A stretch of 64,000 bases of DNA from NCBI RefSeq assembly GCF_964355755.1, contig NC_092673.1, positions 27,463,648-27,527,647 on the forward strand. Reading direction: 5' to 3'. Position 1 is the stretch's first letter. Each line of letters opens with the position of its first letter. This document shows positions 11,701 through 22,536 of this stretch, piece after piece. Source of the DNA: Antedon mediterranea (taxonomy: Eukaryota; Animalia; Echinodermata). The position numbers and the translations under genes are program-made. The notes below the pieces were generated by a model. The model saw only the letters and a program-made list of their open reading frames with translations. It ran no database searches and was not told the origin of the DNA.

Positions 11701-14700
11701 TTTGTTTTACTGAAACATTCAGTAACATCTTCAACCTAAAACATACAAAATAATTACCATACTATAATGCTTGGCTCTCAAAGCCTTTATGGCCTAAAGG
11801 CTTTAAATTTACATCCAGTACACAACTTGAATTATCTTACCAGCATTTGAAATCTTGTATCAGGCTTGTCAGTTCCATACTATAAAGAAAGCAAAATACA
11901 GTATATGCTGTGGTGGATCCAGATTTTGAAATAGGGAAGGGGCCCATGCTAAAAGTTGGGGTTGGGGAGGTTGGATTGGTTGTTGGAGGATGGTGGAAAG
12001 AAAGACCGGTTAGGGTTGGCAAGAGAGACCGGTTGCAACCCCCACCCCCTCCCCGACTTGTATCTACCTATGGTATTGCTTGCTATTTATTTGAAAAAAT
12101 TTGTTGGATGGGCTCTATCAAATCTTGATTAAAATTGTATCCCCTTTCAAAATCTTGAAAAGGTCAAATAATATCAGCAACACACAGTACCTTTTTTATT
12201 GCTGTTGAGTAAGACATTCTCGGAAATGGAATTTGAAGTTGACCTTTGTCCTCCGGCCATGCACTTTTTATAAGTTCTTCTGTAAGGCTAAGGATATCGT
12301 CTTGTTCAACAAATGACATTTCTAAATCAACCTATGAAAAAGTACATATTAGTATTCATAATTTAAATGTCAAGTGACATAAAATTTGAAATTTGTTCAG
12401 ATCGGCTTTTTTCATTAATACAGTAGAATAGGGGTTGGCTGTAATGTTAAAGCTTGGTTCCCACTAGAACGTAACGCAAGGACGTAAACGCAACGCAAGC
12501 GTTTTAACCAATGACAAGCGAAGTTATAGACAGTTTGCAATCAAAACCGAATAAGCCATCGCTTGTGATTGTTAAATTCACTTGCGTTGCGTCCTCGCGT
12601 TGCGTCGCTAGTGGGAACCACGCCTATTACATATATGTCCCTCAGAGAATATGTTTTAACACTACGGCAAACCCCTATAAGGGGACACCCATAATAAGGA
12701 ATATTTGTTGGGTTCAAAAGTTGCCTTAATAGAGGTATGTAAAATATCATTACCTGTGTAAACTCTGGCTGCCTATCGATCCTTGCACCTTCGTCTCTGT
12801 AGCATCTTGCAAATTGAAAATAACGGTCTATTCCTCCAACCATTAACAACTGTTTAAACTGAAAAAAAAATTATGTGACAAAAAATTTGATGTGCGTATA
12901 TATGGACATGATGATGTCATATCACTACTATAAGCATATCACTACCATTTATTCTTTTGTCAAACTAGTTTGATAGTGTAGACAGAGCTTAACTCACTAC
13001 TGTCAAATGTTAAAAAAGTAGAATGCTTTCAATTTGCAACGATCGACGACCTGGCAACAAGCTCATTCAGGGAAGTTAGGAAAAGTCGGGATGTACTCCC
13101 TCGCTCTATTCCTCTACGGTTTTGGTAGTTTCTCAGTCCAGACAAAGATCGACGAGACCTTAATTACCTGCTGTGGACTTTGAGGAAGTGTGTAGAATTT
13201 CCCCTTTTGTTGACTTGGAACGATGAACTCTCTGGCACCACCAGGAGTTTTTCTGAAAAGTGTTGGTGTTTCAACTTCAACAAAACCTGATAAAAAAAAG
13301 TATATTTATACGTTTAAAATAAATCAGCTTTTCTCATTAAGTTCTCATCTTGTCTTGTGAAATAAAGATTTCCACTATTTTATGCCATTTTCCTCTCTCA
13401 TATACTATAAGCTCTGTCTACACTATCAAACTTTATGTGACAAAAAATGTGATGTGCTCATATATGGACACGATTATGTCATATCACTACTATATTTGGC
13501 AACAATGTGCTGATGGCTAGAAGACTGTCTATCGTTGGCTGCCACAGAATAATACTGTATAAAATAACATGTGTAAAATGAATTCACTTACCATGCTTAC
13601 ATAGAAATTGTCGCATGTCATTGGCGAGCTTTGACCGTAGTCTGATATTATGTTGCATCTTTTTATTTCTAAGGTCCAGATATCTGTATTGCATTCTTAA
13701 TGGCTCCTTAACCTGGTGGAAAAAATACCATAAATATAAAAAAAACCTTAAAATGTTATTAGTTAAACTTTGTTCTATGTCAAGGAAGCAACAACAAACT
13801 AAAATCTCACTTACCTCTTTGAAATCATGGACATGAAATGGTAGAATTTCTTTGCAGCGATTTAGAACCTTAAAATCACATGCCAATATTTCAATAGCAC
13901 CTGTATTCATATTCTTTAAAAAAAAGGAAAATGTTTTGTGACTTCTATTAATGTTTCAAAATGTTATTACTGTACGTTGTTTACCACAGACCAACATTCA
14001 CAAGGATGTAAGAAAAATAGGGTCAGATAGTGTGGCAGGGCGTGTTACTCATAAAGTCTTACCATCATATTACAAACTCATGAATTGTGCTGGGACTTTT
14101 AAAAAGCTTAAGTCTGTCTGCACTATAAAACTAAATAAATAAATAAAAAGTGTGATGTACACAAATATGGCAGTGATATGCACAAATATGGTAGTGATAT
14201 CATCATGTCCATGTATGGGCGCATCACATTTTGTTGTCACATAAAGTTTGATAGTGTAGGCCGAGCTTATGATAAACTTCAATTGATTAGATAATTTTAA
14301 AAAAAGGTTTCTAACCTTATTTTCTAAACCATCTGGTCTTTTTCGCACGGTCCCTGTAACCTTGACAACCGATTCTAGTGGCGCATTCATCAAAAGTTGC
14401 ACCATCCCTTTTCCATGTGCCTAAAAAAAACCAAATAAAACATTTCTATATAAAACAAATTGCGTACAATATCTAAAATAAATTTAGTGGTGACAGGGTG
14501 ATAGGCAGTTCCTTGAATCTGTTTAAAGCTCTGTCTACACTTTCAAACTATGTGCCCAAAAAGGGTATTGATATGACATTATCATGTCCACATACGGGGA
14601 CATCACATTTGATTGTCACATAAAGTTTGATAGTGTAGACAGAGCTTTAATTTAAAATTTTGAAGCTTGGTACCCACTTGGATACAATGCAACGACATAT

Positions 14701-15885
14701 TTGCAACACAAGTGAGTTGACCAATCACAAGTGACAGCTTTCAAGTGACATGATTGGTCAAGTTATTTGTGAGCACTTACGTCCTTGCATTGCATTCAAG
14801 GAAGTATGACTTACTTCATCTGTCGGTAGAATTACTTGAGTTGCACCCATAAAATCTCGCAATGTAAACATGAAATCAAAGCGTTTATGCTGAATCCAGC
14901 CGTACAACGCAACCTTCTGTCCAGAATCTACATCTCGTAGTTCACCACAACTATGACTTTTTAACGAGAACTGGTTACCTACGAATGATAGCATTTTTTT
15001 TCAATGCCACATGGTCAGATGCTCTGCTTATTTATTTTGATTATAATTAATTATTATTAATATATTATTAAATAAATATTTCATTTTTATGTTAATATTA
15101 TTATAATATTGTAAGTAGAGTATAAATAACAAACATCCTATAGTTTTCAAGTTTCATAACATTTATTATTTACAGCCTCTGAGTCCGACAATAATTGAAT
15201 TTATTAAACAAAATAATAATTATTATTATAAATGCAATAAAATAATGATATATTTTTATATCATGGGGACAGGTCAGAGTTTGAAGGCAGATGACATGGA
15301 AAATGAAGTTATGATAATTAGGCCTAGTTGTGTTTTGATACTAGGCTAGACATTATATTGCCTAGGCCTTGTTGCCTGGCCCTTGTTTGTATTATTCATT
15401 GCGGGCAACAGCAGCGACCGCTTGATCCATTATTCATTACCTCTCTGTCTGGTCTGCTGGCAAAAGGCCTAGGCCCTAGCCTAGCCATGGCATGGAGGTA
15501 TTTATTTTACGCCGTGGTTAGGATTCCGGCACCGGAACTCAACTGCCCAGCGTTAGGGATTCCGACACGCTATTGCGCATGCCCAGAGCGAGGTAATCGG
15601 CGACTCTATACTTATCAACAGCGATGGATTATTTCATAGCTGCGCCACACGGCGAACTAGCCTAGATGCCTTCTAATATGGGATCCACTAATCTAGGCTA
15701 GGGCTACCAGTTAGACTACGTGACCAGTGGGCCTATAGTATTTATTTTATTCATGGCTAGCCTTAAAAATAAATAAACTTACTGTTAATTTTACTAGAAA
15801 ATTGTCGAATCATTTGTCCATGATTGACTGGTTTAATCATTGAAAACTTAACCACAGAAAAGCACGTCTGACAAATTCTACGCAT
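8742..15885 (-). CDS. DARS2: Mitochondrial aspartyl-tRNA synthetase
   Basis: Exons 15783-15885, 14815-14978, 14316-14420, 13815-13913, 13592-13712, 13168-13286, 12754-12858, 12191-12331, 11841-11879, 11628-11735, 11232-11447, 10575-10629, 10226-10389, 9224-9410, 8742-8914. Motifs: [28 protein letters not shown] (motif 2), [48 protein letters not shown] (motif 3). The N-terminus [14 protein letters not shown]... has basic and hydroxylated residues and no acidic ones, consistent with a presequence. Confidence 0.95.
9480..10200. repeat. Compound GC-rich minisatellite (about 20-bp GTGTCCCCTGAGTAGGT units plus longer higher-order units) in a DARS2 intron
   Basis: The tandem units are directly visible. 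The array begins at TAGTAGAACCC, matching the dispersed CAGTAGAACC/GGGGACAC pogo-like MITE seen at about 5120, 11030, 12660, 30120, 33920, 43170 and 58470. Confidence 0.85.
12451..12624. mobile_element. MITE family B (TIR GCTTGGTTCCCACTAG), Harbinger-like; fragments at about 4380-4450, 8030-8105 and 14665-14800
   Basis: AGCTTGGTTCCCACTAG...CTAGTGGGAACCACGC inverted ends, internal AACGCAA/TTGCGTT inverted repeats, TAA on the left flank. Confidence 0.7.
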
Positions 15886-16174
15886 TATTTATTTATTTAT
15901 TATTAGAATTTTCGCGCAAGGTAAACTACTCCACCGCGCTCTCCACACACATGTATTTCCCTGGTTTCCCAGGTCAGGTCGAATTCGGGATTCCCAAAAA
16001 TTACGTCATATGGCAGCGGAAGTATCCAGTTTGTTGAGAGAGGGCGCTCTTGTGGTTGCTATAAATATTAAAAATACCGATTGTGTTTTTTTGTGTTGAA
16101 GCGTAAAAATGTCCACAATTTTGTTGTTATTGAGAGCTGACAGTCAGTGTTAATTGTTTGCGAATTGTTATATT
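15886..16174. promoter_or_regulatory. Putative bidirectional promoter for DARS2 and INPP5E, with a non-coding INPP5E exon 1
   Basis: The DARS2 ATG at 15885 points left. Motifs GGGATTCCC (15987), TTACGTCA (ATF/CRE-like, 16001) and GCGGAAGT (ETS, 16016) are present, and a plus-strand donor GTAAGT lies at 16175. The next acceptor once the LTR element is removed is at 22498. The TSS positions are inferred. Confidence 0.6.
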
Positions 16175-16589
16175 GTAAGTCTTTTTTCTTAAATTTTAGC
16201 CTAGGTGAACTGTATTTTTTTTGTGTAATAAAGTAGAATTTATCTAGCCAAGTTCTAGGCCTAGGCTAGGCTAGCTAGAGACCCAGCAGACGAGACTGTT
16301 GTCAACAGTGTTGCGTCGTGTTCTTGGCACTGTCTATCCGTTTGTTGATGCTGTGCCACTTACTTGAGAATGTCGGCCTAGCAGCAGTGATTTCTGAGAT
16401 TATCTTCTAGGCCTTCTCATCTACTAACTAATGTGTCAATGATTAATGAGTGAGGTAATAAGTCAAATGGCAAAATTGGAATTAAAATAAAGCAATAATA
16501 TTTACTAGCTAGCCTACTACCTACTAATGCCTAAATCTAGGCCTAGCTAGGCTAAGTCTAATTTAGTGAATGAAAGTCAATGGAATGAC

Positions 16590-17256
16590 TGTAGTGAAAA
16601 CCCCCTTATATAATAATGGGTCGACCCAAGGTGTGACCCGAGGTCACGTGCGTTACTGACCGGTGCCGGAGCGGCCTCTTTGAACGCATGACATTAGACG
16701 GAACGGACGTAAATCGTGACTAGGCCTAAGCCTATGCTGTATCAGTATCAGCCATTACGCACGTTCCCTGGTGTTTGATATACATTAGCCGACTAGCCTA
16801 TAGCCAGCAGGGTTTCCTGTGTAAGCTTCCCAGCCTAGACTGAGCGGTATATAAGCCAGTTCTACTGTAATATTGGTGGAACAACAGGTATTCACTGTGA
16901 TTGAATAGGTTATAGGCCTATATAGTATAGTTTAAGCCTCATTGCTACTATTACGAGGTACGAGCCACAAGGGGTCAAGCTCGACCCTACTAGCCTAGCT
17001 AGTACTGAGGGATTGCTCACTGGGTAGCCACACACATACACAGTAACGGAATTAAGGTACGTTTAGTCCTCCTAGGCTGGCCTGTGTGTTTATCACTACC
17101 AGCAGCCACACATCGGAGTGGACTGTTCGTACTCTTCTGTGTATCGCACTTCATCTGGGCCACCAGGGGGCAAGAGACCAGTCCCGCCTAAAAGGTAAGC
17201 TAGTACGCCTTGTGTAATAATTGTAGTAGCTTCGCACTCTCGGCCGTTTTACAACA
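16590..17256 (+). repeat. 5' LTR
   Basis: TGTAGTG...ACAACA; TATATAA at 16848; direct repeat of 21717-22383. Confidence 0.95.
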
Positions 17257-17257
17257 T

Positions 17258-17271
17258 TGGCGCTGCGAGCA
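17258..17271 (+). other. Primer binding site, tRNA-Ser-like
   Basis: TGGCGCTGCGAGCA starts 1 nt after the LTR and is complementary to the 3' end of animal tRNA-Ser(CGA/UGA)-type tRNAs as recalled. Confidence 0.75.
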
Positions 17272-17913
17272 AAAACGTGAATTCGGGACGCCAAGTTACT
17301 TAGTTTGTTAGCGAAGAGTTCGTCTGGAGACGACATAACGGATCAAATCTCCCGCTGTACTTTTAACAATTCCGCACGGTGTGGGTTCACCGCGATTAGT
17401 TGATATTTAATAAAGTGCAAGGATTTTTGTATCGACTCTATAGGCGCCATTGATGGTAGACGTTAATGCTTTTGTAACGGAACTTCATCAGGTAGTACCC
17501 ATTGAGAAGTTAAACTTATTACATATCAATAAGAGCTTCATTTATTGTCATTATTATAAAATTATTTCAATTGTATTTTTGCATTGCTGAAGTTGAATCA
17601 CGGAGCGTATCCTCCATTGTGTGATCTTCTGAATTCCTAAGACACTTGTGGGCGGACTTCGCACGTTTCTTTGACTTCATTTGCATATCACGTTAAGCAA
17701 CTGTGATTTCTATTAAGCAGGTGTAATTCGTTTTTCTTTAATATTGCCTTTTAGAGAAAGTTGTTTTTACTTCTATTATATATATTTTTATAGTTGTAGT
17801 ATATAAGAAGTACAATCCTCAGTTATACACAAGTCGATTTTTTATTGTATTGGTATAGCATTGTTGGGTCTACTTCAATTCTATACGATTTAGTAGTAAT
17901 TTGATAATTTAGC

Positions 17914-19826
17914 ATGCCTCCAAAATCCCGATTCGTTTCTATTAATTTTTGCGACATGTTAGATCTTAACCTTTTGCCTGGCATAGGTGCCTCGCGTGCT
18001 CAAAAACTTATAGAATGGAGGGAGGGGTACGGCAACATCACCCCGAATAACATAGGGAAGATAATAAGAGGCTCAGGAAAAGGCAAGTTTATGAAATGGT
18101 TGGATTTCACTCCAAACCCGAGATGGGGAGGGAGAGACGGAGACTCAACGATTTACCGTGAGCTCCGGGATACCAGCACACCACTTGAGGTTGCTTATCC
18201 ACCCGACCATTTTGGGTTAGGAATAGAGTCAAGATATTCTTCTCTACATCCTAAAACAGAGGCAAATCAGAATTACGATACAAGAGTCTCTGATATACTG
18301 TCTGATTCACCAGTAGATACTTTATCGTGCAATTCTGGGAGGGTTCCTAAATCAAGCGCCAACAGTCCAATTGCGTATCACGATACCTGGACAACGCTTG
18401 TACGTCAGGACACTACTCCGATATCCTACTACCATGGTGCCCGGGTAACACCTTCCCAACAGGATACCCAAGAAACATCTACCTGGCAGGATAATTGTGG
18501 GACGCATTTTAATTATAAGACCAGTGGTACGCCAGTCTATTATCAGACCCAAGCCACATCAACATACCAAGCACCACAAGATAGGCCCACAATGTATGAT
18601 AGGGAAAGAAAAGATTTTTATAGCTCCTATAACACCCAACAGACTCCAGTCTCTTATGAACCTCGTTATGATCATAGGGAACTAAGGGATAGGAGATCTC
18701 AACCCTCCACAAGGCGTGCCTCTAGAGGTGAACCTCCGACACGACATGTTGGTTGGGCCTGGGAGGATGACTCTGATGGTGAAAGTGAGCATGATGCGTA
18801 TTTAGCTGACTTCAGGGAATTCTTGAGGAATACTGAATGTAGAACCCTTAGGCGGCAGAAGCATTTCAGGCCCAAGGATATTCCCAAAAGTCTAGTATTT
18901 AATGGCAAGGATAATTGGGTTCTCTTTAAGGAACCGGCATAGCTGCTGAGTATTTTATTAATTTAACTGACATGAATGTAGATATCTCTTTCAGACACAT
19001 CGTACAAGCTTTTGACGAACGCTTTAAGGCCGAAGAGTTACCCGAGGTCTTGGAAGTGAAATTCGAAGCTGCTGTACAGCATGAAGGAGAATCTATAGAA
19101 GATTGGGGCGACAGAGTTCTCACACTGACTAGAAAAGCCTTTAGCGATCTCCCGCAAGGTTGGATCTGTCAAAGGGCGGTTGTGAAATTCTATGTGGGTT
19201 GTCTTGACGCTGACGCTGGGCAGTATATGCTTCACCAGAACTGTACCACCCTGACTGAAGCAATGGCAGCTTACGAGAAGTACACTGGGCTGAGAGAACT
19301 CTGCCTTCGTACTAGGAGTAGACAACAGGAACCAGTGAATCCGCATGTCCGGTTTACCACCATGCCTAAACATCTGGTACACCCAACCTCATCCAGGTAT
19401 AGAGGGGAATCTTTTGATGGTGGGGCAGAGGTAGAGGTTCGGAAGGTAAGTAAACCTAGCAAGGGTCGGACTCGCCCGGCGAGCCAGCGAAACCCTACCG
19501 TTCCTAGGCTAACGAAGAAGCCTGATCCCAAGGATCACCGGTTACCTTCACAGCCAAACCCAGATCCCACTGATGGAGCCGTCGAGTCTAAAATAGTTCA
19601 ACAGGATAACAGGGGCACTCGCCTAGTAAGTGAGTTGTCGAACCAAATTAACCAGTTGACAACCAAATTTGATATTCTGCTAACTACACTACAACGACAA
19701 CCCAAGGCAACACCAACACCGGTTAGACAGGACCCAGCATTGCCACCCCGAGTGTGCGTTGAGGGCCAGGAACCCGGTCAACAGGTTTGTCAATTTGGGT
19801 CAGAAGGTAAGCAGACGTCAAACTAG
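17914..19826 (+). pseudogene. gag gene split into two ORFs (17914-18942 and ~18930-19826) with an N-terminal HhH domain
   Basis: ORF1 starts VSINFCDMLDLNLLPGIGASRAQKLIEWRE (HhH_3/ComEA-like) and ends FNGKDNWVLFK, the typical start of a capsid domain. ORF2 continues TGIAAEYF...AFDERF...QHEGESIEDWGDRV (MHR-like). The frame break near 18930 looks like an internal deletion. Confidence 0.75.
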
Positions 19827-21175
19827 AGCAGGTTGGGAACGCAGCCCAGCTTCTCAACCTGTCATCTTCTATGGGCTCTGACTCAAAGGCTGAAATACAT
19901 AAAAAGAATAATGTCAATAATAATAATAATGTCCATGATAATAATAGTGTTTCTATGAGTATTTTTTCAGAGAACACGCTGGCACTACTCCCAGGTTGCA
20001 AAGGTTCATTTGTAGGCACTACTCCGACCGACGATCTGTTGGGGTTGAGTGCAACAAACCAAGCTCAAACCGTGGAGGTAGAGACCAAAGCAGATGAGAC
20101 TGAAAAAATCATTATTATCAACAGAGTACAATCCAACCGTGCCTTATTCACCACTGCCTGCGTAAATCAAACCGAAGTGGCAGCTGTTGTGGACACGGCT
20201 GCGGAACGGACAATACTCTCAGATAATGTATACTCACGTTTATTGTCTAAACCACCTATTGTAGCCGAGCTTAACTTTACTCTAGCAGGTAGAGGTACAT
20301 CAATGCCTGGTTACAGAGTGGGACGACCTATTAACTTGAGATTGGGATCGGATGTCTACACTGAATTCTTCTATGTAGCACCGATTCATGATGAAATGTT
20401 ACTAGGTCAGGATTTTATGGTGAAAAATAAGGCCATGATAGACTGCGGACAGTTGCTGCTAACAATAGGCTCTAGCATGGTGTCTGTGAGGAAAAATCGG
20501 GAATCCGAATCCTCGGGAATCGCCCGTGTCCTTGTTGCCAAACGTAGAGTGATACCACCACACTCAGTAATGCGTGTCCAATGTCAACTCGTACCGAACA
20601 ATTTACCATTACCAGATTACATTATAGGTCCAGAGATGAAGTCTTCGTTGGCAATTCCAGTTACCACACACCAGGGATTGCGGAAGTCGCACCTGTGTGT
20701 GGTCAACACTTCTAATCAGTACATCACATTGAAGAAGGGCAGGAACATTGCCCCAGCCACGGAGACCGAGCCGACGGAAGTGGGTGCGGTTAACGCTGCT
20801 GACGTGTGTTCAGTACCCAGCAATGATGTGCCTGTTTCGGCAGGACCCCGTCATCTGGTCAACATACTCGGTGCATTGTGTGCCAATCCCGCCTCCATTA
20901 AGGATGCAGGACTGTCTTCTCTTGCCACTCAGGAGAAAAGGTTAAGCCTGAATGCAGTGTATTGTTTGGAGGAATCCGAGCACTGCATTGTCACTCAAGG
21001 AGTTGCTCAGATTCGATACACAAGTGTCGAGATAGGGAGTGAGGGTTTTGTTTGGGACCCAGGAGGTTTAAGGACCATTACAGAAACCCGGGCCCCAAAT
21101 GGATTAAATTACTTGTATATTCACAGGACGAAGGTTGCATGGTCACGGCAGTTCAGCCTGAGATACCGACTTTAG
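19811..21175 (+). CDS. Truncated pol: retroviral-type aspartic protease, in the -1 frame relative to gag
   Basis: AAVVDTAAERTIL and MLLGQDFM motifs are present. The frame is open from 19811 and overlaps the gag stop. No YxDD, RNase H or DDE motifs are visible, and only pol-like scraps remain at 21180-21480. Confidence 0.8.
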   Translation, partial: ADVKLEQVGNAAQLLNLSSSMGSDSKAEIHKKNNVNNNNNVHDNNSVSMSIFSENTLALLPGCKGSFVGTTPTDDLLGLSATNQAQTVEVETKADETEKIIIINRVQSNRALFTTACVNQTEVAAVVDTAAERTILSDNVYSRLLSKPPIVAELNFTLAGRGTSMPGYRVGRPINLRLGSDVYTEFFYVAPIHDEMLLGQDFMVKNKAMIDCGQLLLTIGSSMVSVRKNRESESSGIARVLVAKRRVIPPHSVMRVQCQLVPNNLPLPDYIIGPEMKSSLAIPVTTHQGLRKSHLCVVNTSNQYITLKKGRNIAPATETEPTEVGAVNAADVCSVPSNDVPVSAGPRHLVNILGALCANPASIKDAGLSSLATQEKRLSLNAVYCLEESEHCIVTQGVAQIRYTSVEIGSEGFVWDPGGLRTITETRAPNGLNYLYIHRTKVAWSRQFSLRYRL

Positions 21176-21702
21176 GAGCTAATTCTTCCAGCCCAAGTTT
21201 GGAATTCTTTTGGTTGAATAAAGCCGCCCTACATTCGTCCGATGATGGACTCTCATTTCGTATAAGGTAAAAAGGTTATTGGATTTACCTGTGGGGAGAC
21301 GCAGTGATGCATGGAAAGGGATAACGATTTCCGTGTCCTCACCCGACAAGGGCTATGTGCTATACCTTAGCCAGCCACAGGGCAAATCCACGAAGCTGTG
21401 TCCCCTATGGACCAGTACTGTTATCAAATTGATTAGCCTAAGACTGTTCTTTGTCTCGCTGAGAAGAAGGGTGAAGTAACTCCAACCTCGCGACTGACAG
21501 CCCCTGGGTAGTTAACTGACCGTTTACCACATTGCTATCCTGAGCTGGATCTGGTTCACTGTGGAAGATGTGTAGAATGGTTATCTTTGCAGATTTTCAA
21601 TTGGGATGGACTTTTCTGAGTTTACCTCAAATCCTCCTAATTAAGCAGTCTCGATTGCTACCAGGCACTGGACCACATCAGAACACTGGGCTCAGCCTTT
21701 AT

Positions 21703-21716
21703 AAAATTGGGAGGAG
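21703..21716 (+). other. Polypurine tract
   Basis: AAAATTGGGAGGAG lies directly before the 3' LTR. Confidence 0.7.
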
Positions 21717-22383
21717 TGTAGTGAAAACCCCCTTATATAATAATGGGTCGACCCAAGGTGTGACCCGAGGTCACGTGCGTTACTGACCGGTGCCGGAGCG
21801 GCCTCTTTGAACGCATGACATTAGACGGAACGGACGTAAATCGTGACTAGGCCTAAGCCTATGCTGTATCAGTATCAGCCATTACGCACGTTCCCTGGTG
21901 TTTGATATACATTAGCCGACTAGCCTATAGCCAGCAGGGTTTCCTGTGTAAGCTTCCCAGCCTAGACTGAGCGGTATATAAGCCAGTTCTACTGTAATAT
22001 TGGTGGAACAACAGGTATTCACTGTGATTGAATAGGTTATAGGCCTATATAGTATAGTTTAAGCCTCATTGCTACTATTACGAGGTACGAGCCACAAGGG
22101 GTCAAGCTCGACCCTACTAGCCTAGCTAGTACTGAGGGATTGCTCACTGGGTAGCCACACACATACACAGTAACGGAATTAAGGTACGTTTAGTCCTCCT
22201 AGGCTGGCCTGTGTGTTTATCACTACCAGCAGCCACACATCGGAGTGGACTGTTCGTACTCTTCTGTGTATCGCACTTCATCTGGGCCACCAGGGGGCAA
22301 GAGACCAGTCCCGCCTAAAAGGTAAGCTAGTACGCCTTGTGTAATAATTGTAGTAGCTTCGCACTCTCGGCCGTTTTACAACA
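21717..22383 (+). repeat. 3' LTR
   Basis: Same length and apparently the same sequence as the 5' LTR; followed by the TSD TGAC. Confidence 0.95.
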
Positions 22384-22536
22384 TGACATTTATTTGTCAC
22401 TGTAAACTTTTATATTTTATTTGTATAGCCTATAATTGATTAATATTTATCATATGTTTGTAATTGAAATAACTAGTAGGCCTACCTTACAATTTTAGTG
22501 AATGAAGATGTAATCGTTTGAGAGCAGTGTATTAAG

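Larger units (their letters stand above)
16590..22383 (+). mobile_element. Non-autonomous Ty3/Gypsy-type LTR retrotransposon (gag and protease, no RT/RNase H/integrase), recent insertion
   Basis: 667-bp LTRs with TG...CA ends that appear identical by eye, a 4-bp TSD TGAC (16586-16589 and 22384-22387), a PBS, a PPT, gag-like ORFs and an aspartic protease motif AVVDTAA. Confidence 0.95.

Noticed and set aside
13020-13160. Intronic segment with a repeated GATCGACGA motif, a possible snoRNA or structured RNA
   Set aside because: No convincing C/D or H/ACA boxes or stems were found by eye, so there is not enough support.
15328-15639. 103-aa ORF antisense to DARS2 intron 1
   Set aside because: It starts at a non-ATG codon, has no recognisable motifs and lies in CTAG-rich sequence near the promoter.
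18920-18945. Programmed frameshift between the two gag ORFs
   Set aside because: There is no canonical slippery heptamer or downstream structure, and the capsid alignment suggests missing codons, so a deletion is more likely.
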